This document shows, piece by piece, positions 10,310-21,106 of a stretch of 64,000 nt of DNA. The notes under the pieces are model-generated. The model saw nothing but the letters and a program-made list of their open reading frames with translations, was not told where the DNA came from and did no database searches. A program made the position numbers and the translations under genes. The stretch covers positions 78,108-142,107 of the forward strand of contig JBAXKK010000001.1 in assembly GCA_037137395.1 (NCBI GenBank), in the 5' to 3' direction. This DNA comes from Elusimicrobiota bacterium (GTDB lineage: Bacteria; Elusimicrobiota; Elusimicrobia; Elusimicrobiales; UBA9959). Every line of letters begins with the position of its first letter. Position 1 is the stretch's first letter.

Positions 10310-11062
10310 CTATACCGGGTTCGGGATGTCTATGAATTCCGTCTTTACATTGAATTTAGAGCGCGCAAGTTTTTCGAGCGCCCGGACGCCGGGCTTTTCG
10401 GTGTTGTAATGGCCGGCCGAGATAAAATTGGCGCCGTGCTCCCGCGCCGTTTCCTGCACGAATTCGGAAACCTCTCCGGTGATATAAAGATCCAGTCCGG
10501 CCGCTATGGCCTGGTCGAACATCCGCTGCCCGCCGCCGCTGATGACGCCGACCGTTTTTATCTTCTTTGTCCCGAAATTGAAAGAGAGTATATCTGCTGA
10601 AAGCTCGTTCTGGAGAATTTTTATCACCTCCGCTACGGTTTTGGGCCGGCGGAACGAGCCTTTGAAACCGATGGTTTCTCCGTCATAAGTCCCGAAAGGC
10701 CGCGGATTTACGGCCTCTAAAAAATTAAGGATCCGGGCGTTGTTGCCCGCGGTCCGGTGTTTATCCAGCGGCAGATGCCAGGCGGCCAGCGTCATGCCGC
10801 TATCCAGCAGGGTTTCCAATTTTTTCTTGAAAGGGCCCCTCACAGGCTCCGAGCGGCCCCAGAGCAGGCCGTGATGCACGATCGCCATGTCGGCGCCGGA
10901 CGCGGCCGCGCGTTTTAAAAACTCAAGCGAAGCGGAAACGCCGAACGCGATTTTTTTCACTTCAGCCTTCCCTTCCACCTGCAGCCCGTTCTGGGACGCG
11001 TCCTTTATGTTCCCGGAGTCCAGATAGTTGTTTATAAATTCTATTATCTTATCTCTTTGCAT
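10310..11062 (-). CDS. ybgI: Nif3-like dinuclear metal-centre protein
   Basis: NGLQVEG, IVHHGL, HLPLD.H...GNN, GHYNTE and IPNP motifs. Confidence 0.92.
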   Translation of the reverse strand: MQRDKIIEFINNYLDSGNIKDASQNGLQVEGKAEVKKIAFGVSASLEFLKRAAASGADMAIVHHGLLWGRSEPVRGPFKKKLETLLDSGMTLAAWHLPLDKHRTAGNNARILNFLEAVNPRPFGTYDGETIGFKGSFRRPKTVAEVIKILQNELSADILSFNFGTKKIKTVGVISGGGQRMFDQAIAAGLDLYITGEVSEFVQETAREHGANFISAGHYNTEKPGVRALEKLARSKFNVKTEFIDIPNPV

Positions 11063-11132
11063 TTGAATATTCCTTAATGGTTACGAGATTCAAATTCGCG
11101 GATATGCCGCCCTGTCTGCAGGATCGCCGCTT

Positions 11133-12818
11133 CTATTTTTTTCCGGGCCGGACGGCGTAATAATAACCGTTGGAGAAGTCTTCCGCCAGGAAGTCCGATA
11201 TTGAGAAAGTTTTATTGTCGGGCGTGTGCAGCATAAACGCGCAGTAGCTCCACAGCATCGGATTGCCACGGAGCGCTGTCCTTGGCACGCGCACGATGAA
11301 AGCTCCGTTTTCAAAGTTGGTCTTCAGGGCCGCCGTTTCCTGCGGGCCCTTGGCTGTGGCGGTGTAGAGCGTCGCTGTTTTGGGGGACGCTTCTAACGCG
11401 TATTCCCAGGCGTTGTCGGGGAATATCCTGCCGGCGCGGCCGTTCAGGAGCCTGGTCGAGCCGGCTCTTGGACGGTTGTTGATGTCTATGTACAGGTCAA
11501 AGCGGGTTTCGGATAAGGCTGCGTTCGCGGCCGGCCCCGCGGCTTCCAGCGGCGCGAAAGAAAAAAATATGTCGCTGTCCGTCCATGAGACATCCAGCCG
11601 CGCCAGCTTCCAGAGTTTATAAGGGCCCGTTCCTTTAGCGGCAGCCGGCGCTCCGTCAGGTGGCAGGGGTTGTCGGATCGTGTTGTTGAGCGTGAAAGAG
11701 GAGGAACTTTTTTTTACGATTATCTTATCGGCGCCTTCCGCTTCCTCTTTCATGTCGGATAAAGTGGAGAAAAGCCAGCCCGGCGGAGCCTTTTCCATCA
11801 GCCGGTAAGCGTTGACCAGGGCGCCCTGTATTTCTATTTCCGTTTCTTTAGCTGTTTCCTGGTCAGGGTCGGCAAGTTTAAGCAGCTTTGGCCCGGATTC
11901 CACTGAGAAGTATTCCGCGAAAGCGGCTTTGGCGGCTTTATAATCACCCTGCTTGGTGTTGAGGTAAGCCATGAGTTCGGCACGGGTCCTGGCGAAAGCT
12001 GTCAGCGTGCCAGCCTGAGTCGGCAATCCGGCCCATGGCGTATAATCTCCGCTCCAGGGAACTGTGAGCTGAGCGGCCTGGGCCGCCGGCATAGAGGTGG
12101 AGACGGCGCTGGCAAGCGCCTCGGACACAGTCAGGTATGGCTGAGCCGTCCCGTCCGAAAGGAACTTGAGTAAAGCGGCCCTTGAATCCGCCCCGGAGAG
12201 GCCCAGCGTTTCGTCAAAGATTAAAAATTGCGGGGCTTCGGACCGCGCTGCCTCGGCCGGGGCAAAGGAAAAGGGGATAAGCGTGACGCCTTCGGCGTTT
12301 ATGACGCTAAACGGCGCGGTGGAGACAAGCGGTCCGGCCGCCAGCCACTTAAACCCCAGCGCTTTAGCCAGTGGGATATATTCCGGAGTTATTCCGCCCG
12401 GCGCGCAGGCGAAACTTATAGGCGGCCGCTTGAAGTTTTTAGCGTAAGAGTCGCGGGCGTCGCTCATTCTGAGAGCGATGAAAAAAGGGTCGCCGGTAAA
12501 AGCGGCGCTGGAGGGTTTATTCTGCCAGATCACCGTGTCGTGAACGGCATAGTAGAAAAGCGGGATAAGGGGATCTCCGGCTGGCCTTGCCGCCAGTTCC
12601 AGGCGTCCTTTGGATTCAAGGTCCTTTATTCTTTCCGCCAGCGGGGCGGGAAGCTCGCCGAGGGCAGCGGTTAATTTAAGATCTTTGTCATCCTCAAGGC
12701 GCGCAATCACGTCGTCTATCGGCGCATGCTCGCGCGGGATCCAGAGCGGCGCCGTGCCGGCGCGCAGCGGGCTCGCGGACAGAATCAAAAGCAGATTTAA
12801 TATTAGTATCCGGGGCAT
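11133..12818 (-). CDS. Secreted GH57 amylopullulanase-like protein (degenerate) with C-terminal DOMON-like domain
   Basis: Signal peptide; GH57-like blocks (DPLIPL, PWSGDYTPWAG, LVNAY...APP); C-terminal FDLYIDIN...G...LL.GR...WEYA resembles a glucodextranase-type DOMON domain. Confidence 0.5.
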   Translation of the reverse strand: MPRILILNLLLILSASPLRAGTAPLWIPREHAPIDDVIARLEDDKDLKLTAALGELPAPLAERIKDLESKGRLELAARPAGDPLIPLFYYAVHDTVIWQNKPSSAAFTGDPFFIALRMSDARDSYAKNFKRPPISFACAPGGITPEYIPLAKALGFKWLAAGPLVSTAPFSVINAEGVTLIPFSFAPAEAARSEAPQFLIFDETLGLSGADSRAALLKFLSDGTAQPYLTVSEALASAVSTSMPAAQAAQLTVPWSGDYTPWAGLPTQAGTLTAFARTRAELMAYLNTKQGDYKAAKAAFAEYFSVESGPKLLKLADPDQETAKETEIEIQGALVNAYRLMEKAPPGWLFSTLSDMKEEAEGADKIIVKKSSSSFTLNNTIRQPLPPDGAPAAAKGTGPYKLWKLARLDVSWTDSDIFFSFAPLEAAGPAANAALSETRFDLYIDINNRPRAGSTRLLNGRAGRIFPDNAWEYALEASPKTATLYTATAKGPQETAALKTNFENGAFIVRVPRTALRGNPMLWSYCAFMLHTPDNKTFSISDFLAEDFSNGYYYAVRPGKK

Positions 12819-12854
12819 ATTATTTCAGGATGGATGGTATGTCCAAGCGTAACT

Positions 12855-13322
12855 CTATTTAACAAGAACGACCGAAACTTTTTTGTCGCCGAGCATGGCC
12901 GTGTCGGGGTTGAGCGGGTCCAGCATCAGCTGGCCGTCTATGTTGTAAAGATATTGATATGTTCCGGGTGGCAGGGGTACAATGGTTCCCCAGATATTGG
13001 TGTCGCGTTTTATAAGCCCGAGTGAGTCCACGCTCCACTTGTTGAAATCCCCGGCCAGCCTGACCGTTTTGGCGTTAGCTATTTTGACCGTGAATTTTAC
13101 GAAGCGCAATTCCGGCTGGGGATTGTCCGCTCTCTGCGCCGAAGTCCGGGGGTGCATCGGCGGAAGCTGGGCGTTTCGCGATGGCCGAACGGCGGCCACG
13201 TTCCAGTTTCCCATAAAGTTGATGTATCTTGAAAGCGCTGTGTGGAATAGTACGCTGGGAACGCTGACAAAGATCAGCGCCGCGAGCGCGATAGCCGTCA
13301 GAACGGATTTTTTTTCCATCAT
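12855..13322 (-). CDS. Membrane-anchored CBM48/isoamylase early-set domain protein
   Basis: AKTVRLAGDFNKW...W...LPPGTYQY.Y.IDG...DPLN; N-terminal TM helix. Confidence 0.85.
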   Translation of the reverse strand: MMEKKSVLTAIALAALIFVSVPSVLFHTALSRYINFMGNWNVAAVRPSRNAQLPPMHPRTSAQRADNPQPELRFVKFTVKIANAKTVRLAGDFNKWSVDSLGLIKRDTNIWGTIVPLPPGTYQYLYNIDGQLMLDPLNPDTAMLGDKKVSVVLVK

Positions 13323-13324
13323 GT

Positions 13325-13969
13325 TTATATTTCCAGCCTCGCCCGTATCCTGGTTTTAACGCCAAGTTCTTTGGCCAGGGCTTCAAATTTTACAATGTCC
13401 ACGCCGGCGCCGTCTATGGCGGTCACAACCGTTTCCGGTATGACCCTGGCGGCGCCGCGCACGAATTCAAGCACGCTGTTAAAAGCTTTTTGCTCATATT
13501 CCGGTTTAGGCCGCATCAGGGCCAGCCATTGGAGCGGGTCCGGAGTATTGAGGCTTACGTGCACCGCGTCCACCAGACCTTTAAGCCGGGGGACGATATC
13601 TGTCCCGTTCACGAGTCCGCCCAGACCGTTGGTGTTCAGGCGCACGCGCAAACCCGCCGGTACAGGAGCCAGAGCGCCGGTTTTTACGGCTTTGGCTATG
13701 GCGATCAGCGTATCCAGCCGCATGGTCGGTTCACCATAACCGCAGAAAACGAGTTCATCAAAAGGCGTCAGTGTCCATTCCGTTTTTATCAGCGATGTAA
13801 CGGTTTTGGCGTCCGGTTCTGCGCCGCCCAGGTCCAGATTGCTACCCCGGTAGGCCATCTTCCATTTGCTCTTTATGCAGAAGACGCAAGCGGTCGGGCA
13901 GCAGTTTGTAAGGTTAACATAAAGTCCCGTTTTATAGCGATAAACTATTTCTGGTTTTGGAAATTCCAT
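13325..13969 (-). CDS. TatD-associated radical SAM protein
   Basis: LYVNLTN.CPTACVFC (CxxxCxxC), VFCGYGEP and RLNTNG. Start set to ATG 13969. Confidence 0.85.
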   Translation of the reverse strand: MEFPKPEIVYRYKTGLYVNLTNCCPTACVFCIKSKWKMAYRGSNLDLGGAEPDAKTVTSLIKTEWTLTPFDELVFCGYGEPTMRLDTLIAIAKAVKTGALAPVPAGLRVRLNTNGLGGLVNGTDIVPRLKGLVDAVHVSLNTPDPLQWLALMRPKPEYEQKAFNSVLEFVRGAARVIPETVVTAIDGAGVDIVKFEALAKELGVKTRIRARLEI

Positions 13970-13982
13970 GTTTTTCTTACTT

Positions 13983-14050
13983 CGTAAAGCGGAGAAAAGT
14001 AAAACATTCAAGTCTGCTGTTCACTTTTTACTAACCGCTATTCGCTACGC
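13983..14050. repeat. Degenerate heptamer-repeat hairpin (CGTAAAG/CGGAAAG family)
   Basis: cgtaaagcggag...agtaaa followed by the roughly complementary ttcacttttta...ccgctattcgctacg. Confidence 0.45.
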
Positions 14051-14077
14051 GGCCTCTCATTATTCTATCATTTAGAA

Positions 14078-15229
14078 ATGCGGATTTTAATAGCGCCTAA
14101 CGCGTTTAAGGGGACTTTAGGGCCTTTGGCGGCGGCGCGGGCGATGGCGCGCGCTGTCAGGGCGGTTGTGCCGGGCGCGGAGATTGACTTGTTTCCTGTA
14201 TCGGACGGAGGGGACGGGCTGTTGGAAGCTTTCATGTTCCACGGACACGGCAGTTACAGGGCGCTTACTGTCCCGGGACCGGTGTTTAAACCTGTGCGCG
14301 CCAGGTGGGTTATGGCCGGGGACAACGCGGTCATAGAGATGGCGCAGGCTTCAGGGCTCAAATATTTGTCCAAAAGCAGGCTTACTCCCCTCGATGCCGC
14401 CACATTTGGCGTTGGCCGCCTGATCCGGGCCGCCGCGCGCTCCGGCGCCCGGTCGGTGCTGGTCGGTTTAGGTGGCAGCGCCTCCAGCGACGGAGGAGCG
14501 GGCTGCGCCGAAGGTTTTGGTTACAGGCTTCTGGACAAGGCAGGCGCTCCTGTGCCGCCCGGAGCCAGGGGACTTCTAAAGCTTGAAAGGATAGTTCCGC
14601 CTCTTTTTTTAAAATCAAACAGGCGGGAGCGGACTGGAATAAAGATCACTGCTTTAACGGATGTTGATAATCCGCTTACGGGACCGCGCGGTTCGGCTAT
14701 TGTTTACGGCCCACAGAAAGGCGCGGGCCCGGCCGAGGTTGCCGTCATGGAGAGAGCGCTGATCCATTACGCCCGCGTAATTAAAAGGGAACTTGGGGTT
14801 GATGTAAGAAATATGAAAGGCGGCGCGGCGGCCGGGGGGCTTGGAGCGGGGCTTCACGCTTTTTTCGGGGCGGAACTGGTCCGCGGCGCCGCTTTCGTGC
14901 TTGAACGGTTGGGTTTTGAGGCCGCATTAAAAAGGTCCGATTTCATTATTACGGGGGAAGGACGGTTCGACCAGCAAAGTTTCTACGGCAAGGCGCCGGT
15001 AGCGGTCGCGCGGCTGGCCATGCGCCATAAAAAACCGACGCTTCTGGTATGCGGTTCCTGCGGTCTTAAAGACAGGCGCCGGTTCGCGGCGAACGGTATA
15101 AGCGGGGTCATAGCCCTGGATGAAGTCCTTCCTCTCGCTGAGCTTCTTGAGACGCCGGCCAAGGCGCTGACTAAGGGGCTGATGCTCTCAAGTGAAACGC
15201 TTTCCAGTTTCCTCGAATCGCGCCGATGA
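14078..15229 (+). CDS. glxK: Glycerate kinase
   Basis: APNAFKG, SDGGDG, IEMAQASG, GLGGSASSDGGAG, YGPQKGA and ITGEGRFD motifs. Confidence 0.92.
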   Translation: MRILIAPNAFKGTLGPLAAARAMARAVRAVVPGAEIDLFPVSDGGDGLLEAFMFHGHGSYRALTVPGPVFKPVRARWVMAGDNAVIEMAQASGLKYLSKSRLTPLDAATFGVGRLIRAAARSGARSVLVGLGGSASSDGGAGCAEGFGYRLLDKAGAPVPPGARGLLKLERIVPPLFLKSNRRERTGIKITALTDVDNPLTGPRGSAIVYGPQKGAGPAEVAVMERALIHYARVIKRELGVDVRNMKGGAAAGGLGAGLHAFFGAELVRGAAFVLERLGFEAALKRSDFIITGEGRFDQQSFYGKAPVAVARLAMRHKKPTLLVCGSCGLKDRRRFAANGISGVIALDEVLPLAELLETPAKALTKGLMLSSETLSSFLESRR

Positions 15230-15453
15230 TCTGCCGGGCCCAGGATGTAAATCGGGCAAAAAGTTGGACTAAACCTTCAATTTTTAATAGTATATACAAG
15301 CGGGCGAGTATAGGGATAAGCATCAAGGGTTTCGCCATGGCGCGCTTCTTGATGAATATTGCGGCGCAACACGGCATCCGGGGCCTGTAGTCATCAGACA
15401 GCCTGACGGCCTTCAGCCTGAACAATCTTGCTAATTACCGCAAAGGACATTTA

Positions 15454-16866
15454 ATGAGTTCGCATCCAAACCAGATAACTTTCGGCACGGACGGGTTTCG
15501 GGGCGTAATTTCACGCGATTTCACTTATGAAGCCGTGCGCAAGATAGCTCAGGGCCTGGCGGATTATATCGCCTATAAGAATATGCGCGTGGCAGAAAAG
15601 CCCAATGTTATTGTCGGCTATGACCGCCGCTTTATGTCAGACCGTTTCGCGGCCGCGGTTGCCGATGTGCTCACCGCAAACGGTATTGTGTGCGTGGTTT
15701 CCGATTCTCCCCTGCCCACGCAGGCGGTAAGCTGGCTCACCGCTTCCAAATTCGGGCTGGGCGTCATGATAACAGCTAGCCATAATAAATATTTCTATAA
15801 CGGCGTCAAGATAAAGCAGAACGGCCGTTCTGCCCCGCCCGCTGTCACGGCGGAGCTTGAGAATTACATTTCAAAAGCGGTGCCTATGCGCAACGCCGTC
15901 GCTCCCGCGCCACGGAAGTCTTTCAAAAAGGACTATGTGGATTATCTTAAGTCCCGGGTGCAGGTGGCCCAGATACTTTCAAAACTATCCGGTCCCGTGG
16001 TCGTGGACTTTATGTACGGCGCGGGGGCAGAGATAGCCGACGAGATCTTTAACTCGAAGAATATTATCAAAATCCGCGCGGCGGCCGATCCGCTGTTCGG
16101 CGGCATCACGCCGGAGCCGGTGGAAAACAATCTGGCCGAACTTATAAACGCGGTAAAGAAAAACAAGGCCGTCATGGGGATTGCCTTGGACGGCGACGCC
16201 GATCGGTTCGCTCTGGTCAGCGATAAGGGCGTCTATATGACCCCCTGCCAGATAGCGCCGATGCTACTTGAGTATCTGCTTAAGCGCAACGGCTTTAAGG
16301 GCAAGGTGGCCCAGACTGTCTCCATGGGCTACCTGACCAAGCGCATCGCCAAGGCGGCGAATCTGCAGTTTGAGGAAACCCCTGTTGGTTTTAAATACAT
16401 AGCCGAGAAGATGATCTCCGAGGATGTTTCGTTCGGGTCGGAGGAATCCGGCGGCTACGCCTGGAAAGGCAATATTCCGGAGCGCGACGGCGTCATTACC
16501 GCGCTGATGTTTATGGAAATGACGGTCAAAACCAGGCATACCATTTCTGATATTTATAAGGATGTTGAGGCGCGTTACGGTAAATCCGCTTTCATTCGCC
16601 GGGACCTGAAGCTGGAAAAGGCCATCCCTAACAAACACTCTTTCGCAGTAAAGCTCAAAAAGAAGCTGCCCAAGACTATCCTGGGCAGGAAAGTGCTGGA
16701 CACTAATACCATCGACGGCCTGAAGATCATCCTGGAGGATGACTGCTGGCTGCTCATGCGTCCTTCCGGCACCGAGCCCTTGTTGAGGACTTACGCGGAG
16801 ACCGAATCCCGGGAAAACACGATAAAGTTCCTTGAATTCGCGGCCAAGCTCATGAATCAGAGGTAG
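15454..16866 (+). CDS. Phosphoglucomutase/phosphomannomutase family protein
   Basis: FGTDG, ITASHN phosphoserine loop, DGDADR, EESGG and RPSGTEP. Confidence 0.92.
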   Translation: MSSHPNQITFGTDGFRGVISRDFTYEAVRKIAQGLADYIAYKNMRVAEKPNVIVGYDRRFMSDRFAAAVADVLTANGIVCVVSDSPLPTQAVSWLTASKFGLGVMITASHNKYFYNGVKIKQNGRSAPPAVTAELENYISKAVPMRNAVAPAPRKSFKKDYVDYLKSRVQVAQILSKLSGPVVVDFMYGAGAEIADEIFNSKNIIKIRAAADPLFGGITPEPVENNLAELINAVKKNKAVMGIALDGDADRFALVSDKGVYMTPCQIAPMLLEYLLKRNGFKGKVAQTVSMGYLTKRIAKAANLQFEETPVGFKYIAEKMISEDVSFGSEESGGYAWKGNIPERDGVITALMFMEMTVKTRHTISDIYKDVEARYGKSAFIRRDLKLEKAIPNKHSFAVKLKKKLPKTILGRKVLDTNTIDGLKIILEDDCWLLMRPSGTEPLLRTYAETESRENTIKFLEFAAKLMNQR

Positions 16867-16955
16867 GAAACGGCGGTATCCGGCGGCGCGCCGGGCCGTG
16901 GAAGTGTCGTATCAGGCCGGCTCTGTCAGGCGGCCAAATTAAATGGAGGAAATGT

Positions 16956-18155
16956 ATGAACTTTACAGGCAAAAGATTTGTATCTTCGGAGTCGGTAACC
17001 GAGGGGCATCCCGACAAGGTGTGCGACCAGATTTCGGATGCGGTGCTTGACGAGATCATGAGAAAAGATCCCGCCGGCCGCGTGGCCTGTGAGACTTTTA
17101 TCACGCGCGGCATGGTTATCGTGGGCGGAGAGATCACCACCAAAACCTACGTGGATGTTGACGCGCTGGCGCGCCAGGTTATAAAGGATATAGGTTACAC
17201 ACACACGAAATATGGCTTCAACTATGAGACGTGCGCGGTGATCAATGTGATCGGCCGCCAGTCACCGGATATAGCGCAGGGAGTGGACACCGGCGGCGCC
17301 GGCGACCAGGGCCTTATGGTTGGATACGCCTCCGACGAGACGCCCGAGCTTATGCCCCTGCCGCTCATGCTCGCTCAGAAGTTGGCCATGAGGCTCGCCG
17401 AGGTCCGCAAAAAATGCATTCTTCCCTACCTCGGCCCCGACGGCAAATCGCAGGTTACAGTTGAATATCACGACGGGAAACCCGCGCGCATAGAGACCAT
17501 CGTGATTTCCTCGCAGCATACCGAAGAAATCCTGGATAAATCCGGCCGCCAGATCACCGAGAAATCCAGAAAAGAGATCATAGACGCGGTCATCATGCCG
17601 GTTATAGACAGGAAGATGATAGATAAGAACACTAAGTTTCTCATCAACCCTACCGGCAAATTTGTGGTGGGCGGCCCTCAGTCTGATACCGGTGTTACAG
17701 GCCGCAAAATAATTGTGGACACTTACGGCGGCGTGGCCCCGCACGGCGGCGGCGCCTTCTCCGGCAAGGATCCGACGAAGGTTGACCGCTCCGCCGCTTA
17801 CATGGCGCGCTATGTGGCCAAAAACATCGTAGCGGCCAAGCTGGCCAAAGAGTGTACCGTGCAGGTTGCCTACGCCATAGGCGTGGCCGAGCCGGTGGGC
17901 TTGTATGTGGACACCCACGGCACCGGCGTCCTGGCCGACGAGAAGCTTGCAGCCATAGTGAAGGCGAGCTTTGATTTTACGCCTAAAGGCATAATTAAAA
18001 ATCTTAAGCTCCGCGCTCCTATATTTAGGAAGACCGCGGCTTACGGCCACTTCGGCCGGACCGGCTTCGAATGGGAAAAAACCAACGCGGCGGATATGCT
18101 CCGGAAAAAAGCGGCGGGGGTTCCCAAGGCTAAATGCGCCTGCTCTTGCTGCTGA
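16956..18155 (+). CDS. metK: S-adenosylmethionine synthetase
   Basis: [17 protein letters not shown] and [16 protein letters not shown]. Confidence 0.97.
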   Translation: MNFTGKRFVSSESVTEGHPDKVCDQISDAVLDEIMRKDPAGRVACETFITRGMVIVGGEITTKTYVDVDALARQVIKDIGYTHTKYGFNYETCAVINVIGRQSPDIAQGVDTGGAGDQGLMVGYASDETPELMPLPLMLAQKLAMRLAEVRKKCILPYLGPDGKSQVTVEYHDGKPARIETIVISSQHTEEILDKSGRQITEKSRKEIIDAVIMPVIDRKMIDKNTKFLINPTGKFVVGGPQSDTGVTGRKIIVDTYGGVAPHGGGAFSGKDPTKVDRSAAYMARYVAKNIVAAKLAKECTVQVAYAIGVAEPVGLYVDTHGTGVLADEKLAAIVKASFDFTPKGIIKNLKLRAPIFRKTAAYGHFGRTGFEWEKTNAADMLRKKAAGVPKAKCACSCC

Positions 18156-18200
18156 ACGGGAAAGGGATTAGGGATTTTTAAGTTAAGGGGGGAGGATGTT

Positions 18201-18557
18201 ATGAAGGCCTTGATAGTTGAGGATAACGCGCTGATGCGCTACACCATAAAGTCGCTCCTGCTTAAACTGGGGCACGAGGTGGTGGGCGAAGCCGGGGACG
18301 CGGAAAGCGCCATTAACGCTTATACCGCGCTTAAGCCGGAAGTGGTTTTCCTGGACTTAATCCTCCCCGGGAGGTCTGGCGTGGAGATTCTTGAAGTGCT
18401 GCGCGGGCTGGACCCGAAGATCAAGGTTGTTGTTGTAACGGCCATAGAGCAGACTGAGCTGGACCGCAAGCTTTCCAATAAGGGCGTCATGACCGTTATA
18501 CGTAAACCTTTTTCATATGAGGAGTTTAAGGAAGCCCTAAGCCATATAGTTCCGTGA
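18201..18557 (+). CDS. Single-domain response regulator (CheY-like)
   Basis: IVEDN, FLDLILP (phospho-Asp), VTA and RKPF. Confidence 0.88.
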   Translation: MKALIVEDNALMRYTIKSLLLKLGHEVVGEAGDAESAINAYTALKPEVVFLDLILPGRSGVEILEVLRGLDPKIKVVVVTAIEQTELDRKLSNKGVMTVIRKPFSYEEFKEALSHIVP

Positions 18558-19174
18558 TTAAAACTATGAGCGACAATGTGAATGAAATGCTCGGCCGCAT
18601 AGCGGTGGCAAGCCTTCAGAAATGCGTGGGAAAACTTTCAAGAGTTTCGGCGGGAGTATGGAGTATCGCCGGAGCGGAGGTTTCCACCGGAACCCTGGAG
18701 GAAACCATAAACCACCGGGGTCCGCAAGACGCGGAGGCTACGGCCGTTTATTTCGAAGTGAAGGGCGACCTGCCGTTCGTCGCTGTCATACTGTTCGACC
18801 CGCGCGATATAGACCGCATTTCCAAGTGCTTCCTGGGCTACTCTTTTTCCGTGTCCCCGGTCCTGACCCAGGCGGGGGAAATGCTCCTTTCCGAGCTGGG
18901 CAATATAATCCTTAATTCCTTTATTAGCGCGCTTTCCAACACTCTGAAGCGGGTATTCATGCCGTCCGCGCCTGAGTGTCTCAGCGGCCAGCCGCAAAGC
19001 CTGCTGGAGTCCATGAGCACGGCCGTTGATATCAGGCGAAGCTGCTACATCGTAAGGGTAAAGTTGGATTTGAAATGCGGAGAGAGCGTTACTCGTAGCG
19101 AGGTTTTGGGCCTGATACCGGAGAAGCTGGCGCAGGAACTTTTGGCGACTGAAGAAAAGGATAAACACCTATGA
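18554..19174 (+). CDS. CheC-like phosphatase family protein
   Basis: LSELGNIILNSF.SALSN (ExxN motif); overlaps the CheY-like gene. Confidence 0.7.
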   Translation: MIKTMSDNVNEMLGRIAVASLQKCVGKLSRVSAGVWSIAGAEVSTGTLEETINHRGPQDAEATAVYFEVKGDLPFVAVILFDPRDIDRISKCFLGYSFSVSPVLTQAGEMLLSELGNIILNSFISALSNTLKRVFMPSAPECLSGQPQSLLESMSTAVDIRRSCYIVRVKLDLKCGESVTRSEVLGLIPEKLAQELLATEEKDKHL

Positions 19175-19710
19175 CCAGAAATTACGGATTTGCCGCTATC
19201 TTGCTGATTGCCGCGACCGTTCCGTTTTTCAGCGCGCCGCTCCAGGCCCAGGTCCGGATAAATAAGATAGACTGGCAGGTCTCGCGCGTAGAGGGAAAAG
19301 CTAAACTGCCCTTTGAGCCTATACTGGACCTGAAACTTGAGCCGTACCAGAAATACCTGAACAAATTCCGCGCCTTAGTCAATATCCAGAATTCTTCCGC
19401 CAAGCCGGTAGAGGGACTAGTGCTCAGGTGCGCTTTAAGTCTGCACATTGTGAAGGTTGCCGACGCTGCTGACGTAGGTTTCTGGGCTGTTCCGTTCCAT
19501 GTTGAAGAACTTCGCGTGTCCCGGATCCGGGCTGGCGGAGTATATGACGCAAAGATTATACATTTCGTGCTCAATGAACAGCTTAAGAAACTAAAGAACA
19601 CCGGTTTTTGGGTGGACGCGCTTAAACTTCAGGTTATGTTGGACCCCAGGCTGGCGGATGAGCCCGCCAGTATAATGAAAGAAGCCGTAATAAATATCAA
19701 GAAACCGTAA
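19171..19710 (+). CDS. Hypothetical exported protein
   Basis: Signal peptide (LQA-Q); beta-rich sequence; translationally coupled to the upstream gene. Confidence 0.6.
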   Translation: MTRNYGFAAILLIAATVPFFSAPLQAQVRINKIDWQVSRVEGKAKLPFEPILDLKLEPYQKYLNKFRALVNIQNSSAKPVEGLVLRCALSLHIVKVADAADVGFWAVPFHVEELRVSRIRAGGVYDAKIIHFVLNEQLKKLKNTGFWVDALKLQVMLDPRLADEPASIMKEAVINIKKP

Positions 19711-19790
19711 TAGAGGATTGGAGGATTGGAAGACTAGAGGATTAGCTTTCGGAATACGGGAAGTTCCTTTAGCGGCCAATCCTCCGATCA
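19711..19790. repeat. Octamer-repeat hairpin (GAGGATTG)
   Basis: gaggattg gaggattg gaagacta gaggatta ... ccaatcctcc (complement). Confidence 0.6.
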
Positions 19791-19800
19791 TTTATCTCAT

Positions 19801-21087
19801 ATGCTTGACATCAAATTCATACGTTTAAACCAGGAAAAAGCCAGGGCCGGCCTCGGCGCCCGCGGTGGGCGTTACCTTCCGGCTTTGGAAAAAGTTATAG
19901 AGACGGATGGGGCCTACCGCGACATCCTGACCGAAACTGAAGCTCTGCGCTCCGGGCGCAATGAGGTTTCCAAAAAAATACAGGAATTTAAAATAGCCAA
20001 AAAAGAGGCCGAAGCCGCCGCGGTAATGGCCGAGGCTAATGCCATAAAAGAAGCCATCAAGTCCAAGGAAGAGCGCTTAGCCGCGCTTGAGCGCGAACTG
20101 AACGATCTTCTTTTGGGTATCCCCAACCTGCCGGCCGAGAAAGTTCCGCAGGGCGGCGGACCCCAGGATAATAAAGTGGCATATGAAGATTTAAGCGGCA
20201 AGCGCGAGTTCACTTTTAAGCCGCTGGATCACCATGCCGTAGGCGAGGGTCTGGGGATACTGGATTTTGTCGCGGCTACCAAGCTTTCCGGTTCGCGCTT
20301 CGCGCTTCTAAAAGGTCTCGGCGCGCGCCTCGAAAGGGCTATAACACAGCTGATGTTGGACACGCACACGCTTGAACACGGGTATATCGAAATATTCCCT
20401 CCTTTTCTCGTCAACGCGGAGAGCATGACCGGAACCGGGCAGCTCCCGAAGTTTGAGGAAGACCTTTATAAAATAGCCGCCGAGCCGCCGCTTTATCTTA
20501 TCCCCACGGCTGAAGTCCCGCTCACCAATCTGTGCCGGGGCGAGATTCTGAAGGAAGAGTCTCTGCCGCAGAAATTCACCGCAAGCACAGCCTGTTTCCG
20601 CCAGGAGGCCGGTTCTTACGGCAAGGACACGCGCGGGCTTATCCGCAACCACCAATTTAATAAAGTGGAGCTGGTCTGGATAACCAGACCTGAAGATTCC
20701 ATGGAGGCCCTTTTAAAATTGCGTTCCGACGCCGAGAAGATCCTTCAGCTGCTCAAGATACCTTACAGGGTGCTTGAGCTTTGCACCGGCGATCTCGGGT
20801 TTGGTTCAGCCATCACCTACGACCTTGAAGTCTGGATGCCTGGCGAAAATAAGTTCAGGGAAATCTCGTCGTGCTCCAACTGCACGGATTTTCAGGCCCG
20901 CCGCATGAACGCCAGATTTAAGCGCACGGATGGGAAAAAGACCGAGTTCGTCCATACGCTGAACGGCTCCGGGTTAGCGGTTGGCCGCACTTTCGCGGCT
21001 ATACTGGAAAACTATCAGGAGGAGGACGGCTCCGTGACTGTGCCCCAGGTTCTCAGAAAATATATGGGCGTGGATAAGATAGGGTGA
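19801..21087 (+). CDS. serS: Serine--tRNA ligase
   Basis: [22 protein letters not shown]...[15 protein letters not shown] and [11 protein letters not shown]. Confidence 0.97.
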   Translation: MLDIKFIRLNQEKARAGLGARGGRYLPALEKVIETDGAYRDILTETEALRSGRNEVSKKIQEFKIAKKEAEAAAVMAEANAIKEAIKSKEERLAALERELNDLLLGIPNLPAEKVPQGGGPQDNKVAYEDLSGKREFTFKPLDHHAVGEGLGILDFVAATKLSGSRFALLKGLGARLERAITQLMLDTHTLEHGYIEIFPPFLVNAESMTGTGQLPKFEEDLYKIAAEPPLYLIPTAEVPLTNLCRGEILKEESLPQKFTASTACFRQEAGSYGKDTRGLIRNHQFNKVELVWITRPEDSMEALLKLRSDAEKILQLLKIPYRVLELCTGDLGFGSAITYDLEVWMPGENKFREISSCSNCTDFQARRMNARFKRTDGKKTEFVHTLNGSGLAVGRTFAAILENYQEEDGSVTVPQVLRKYMGVDKIG

Positions 21088-21106
21088 AGCTTTTGCCTGT
21101 AACTTT

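Noticed and set aside
16867..16955. SAM riboswitch before metK
   Set aside because: GC-rich hairpins are present, but I recognise no SAM-I, II, III or V consensus.
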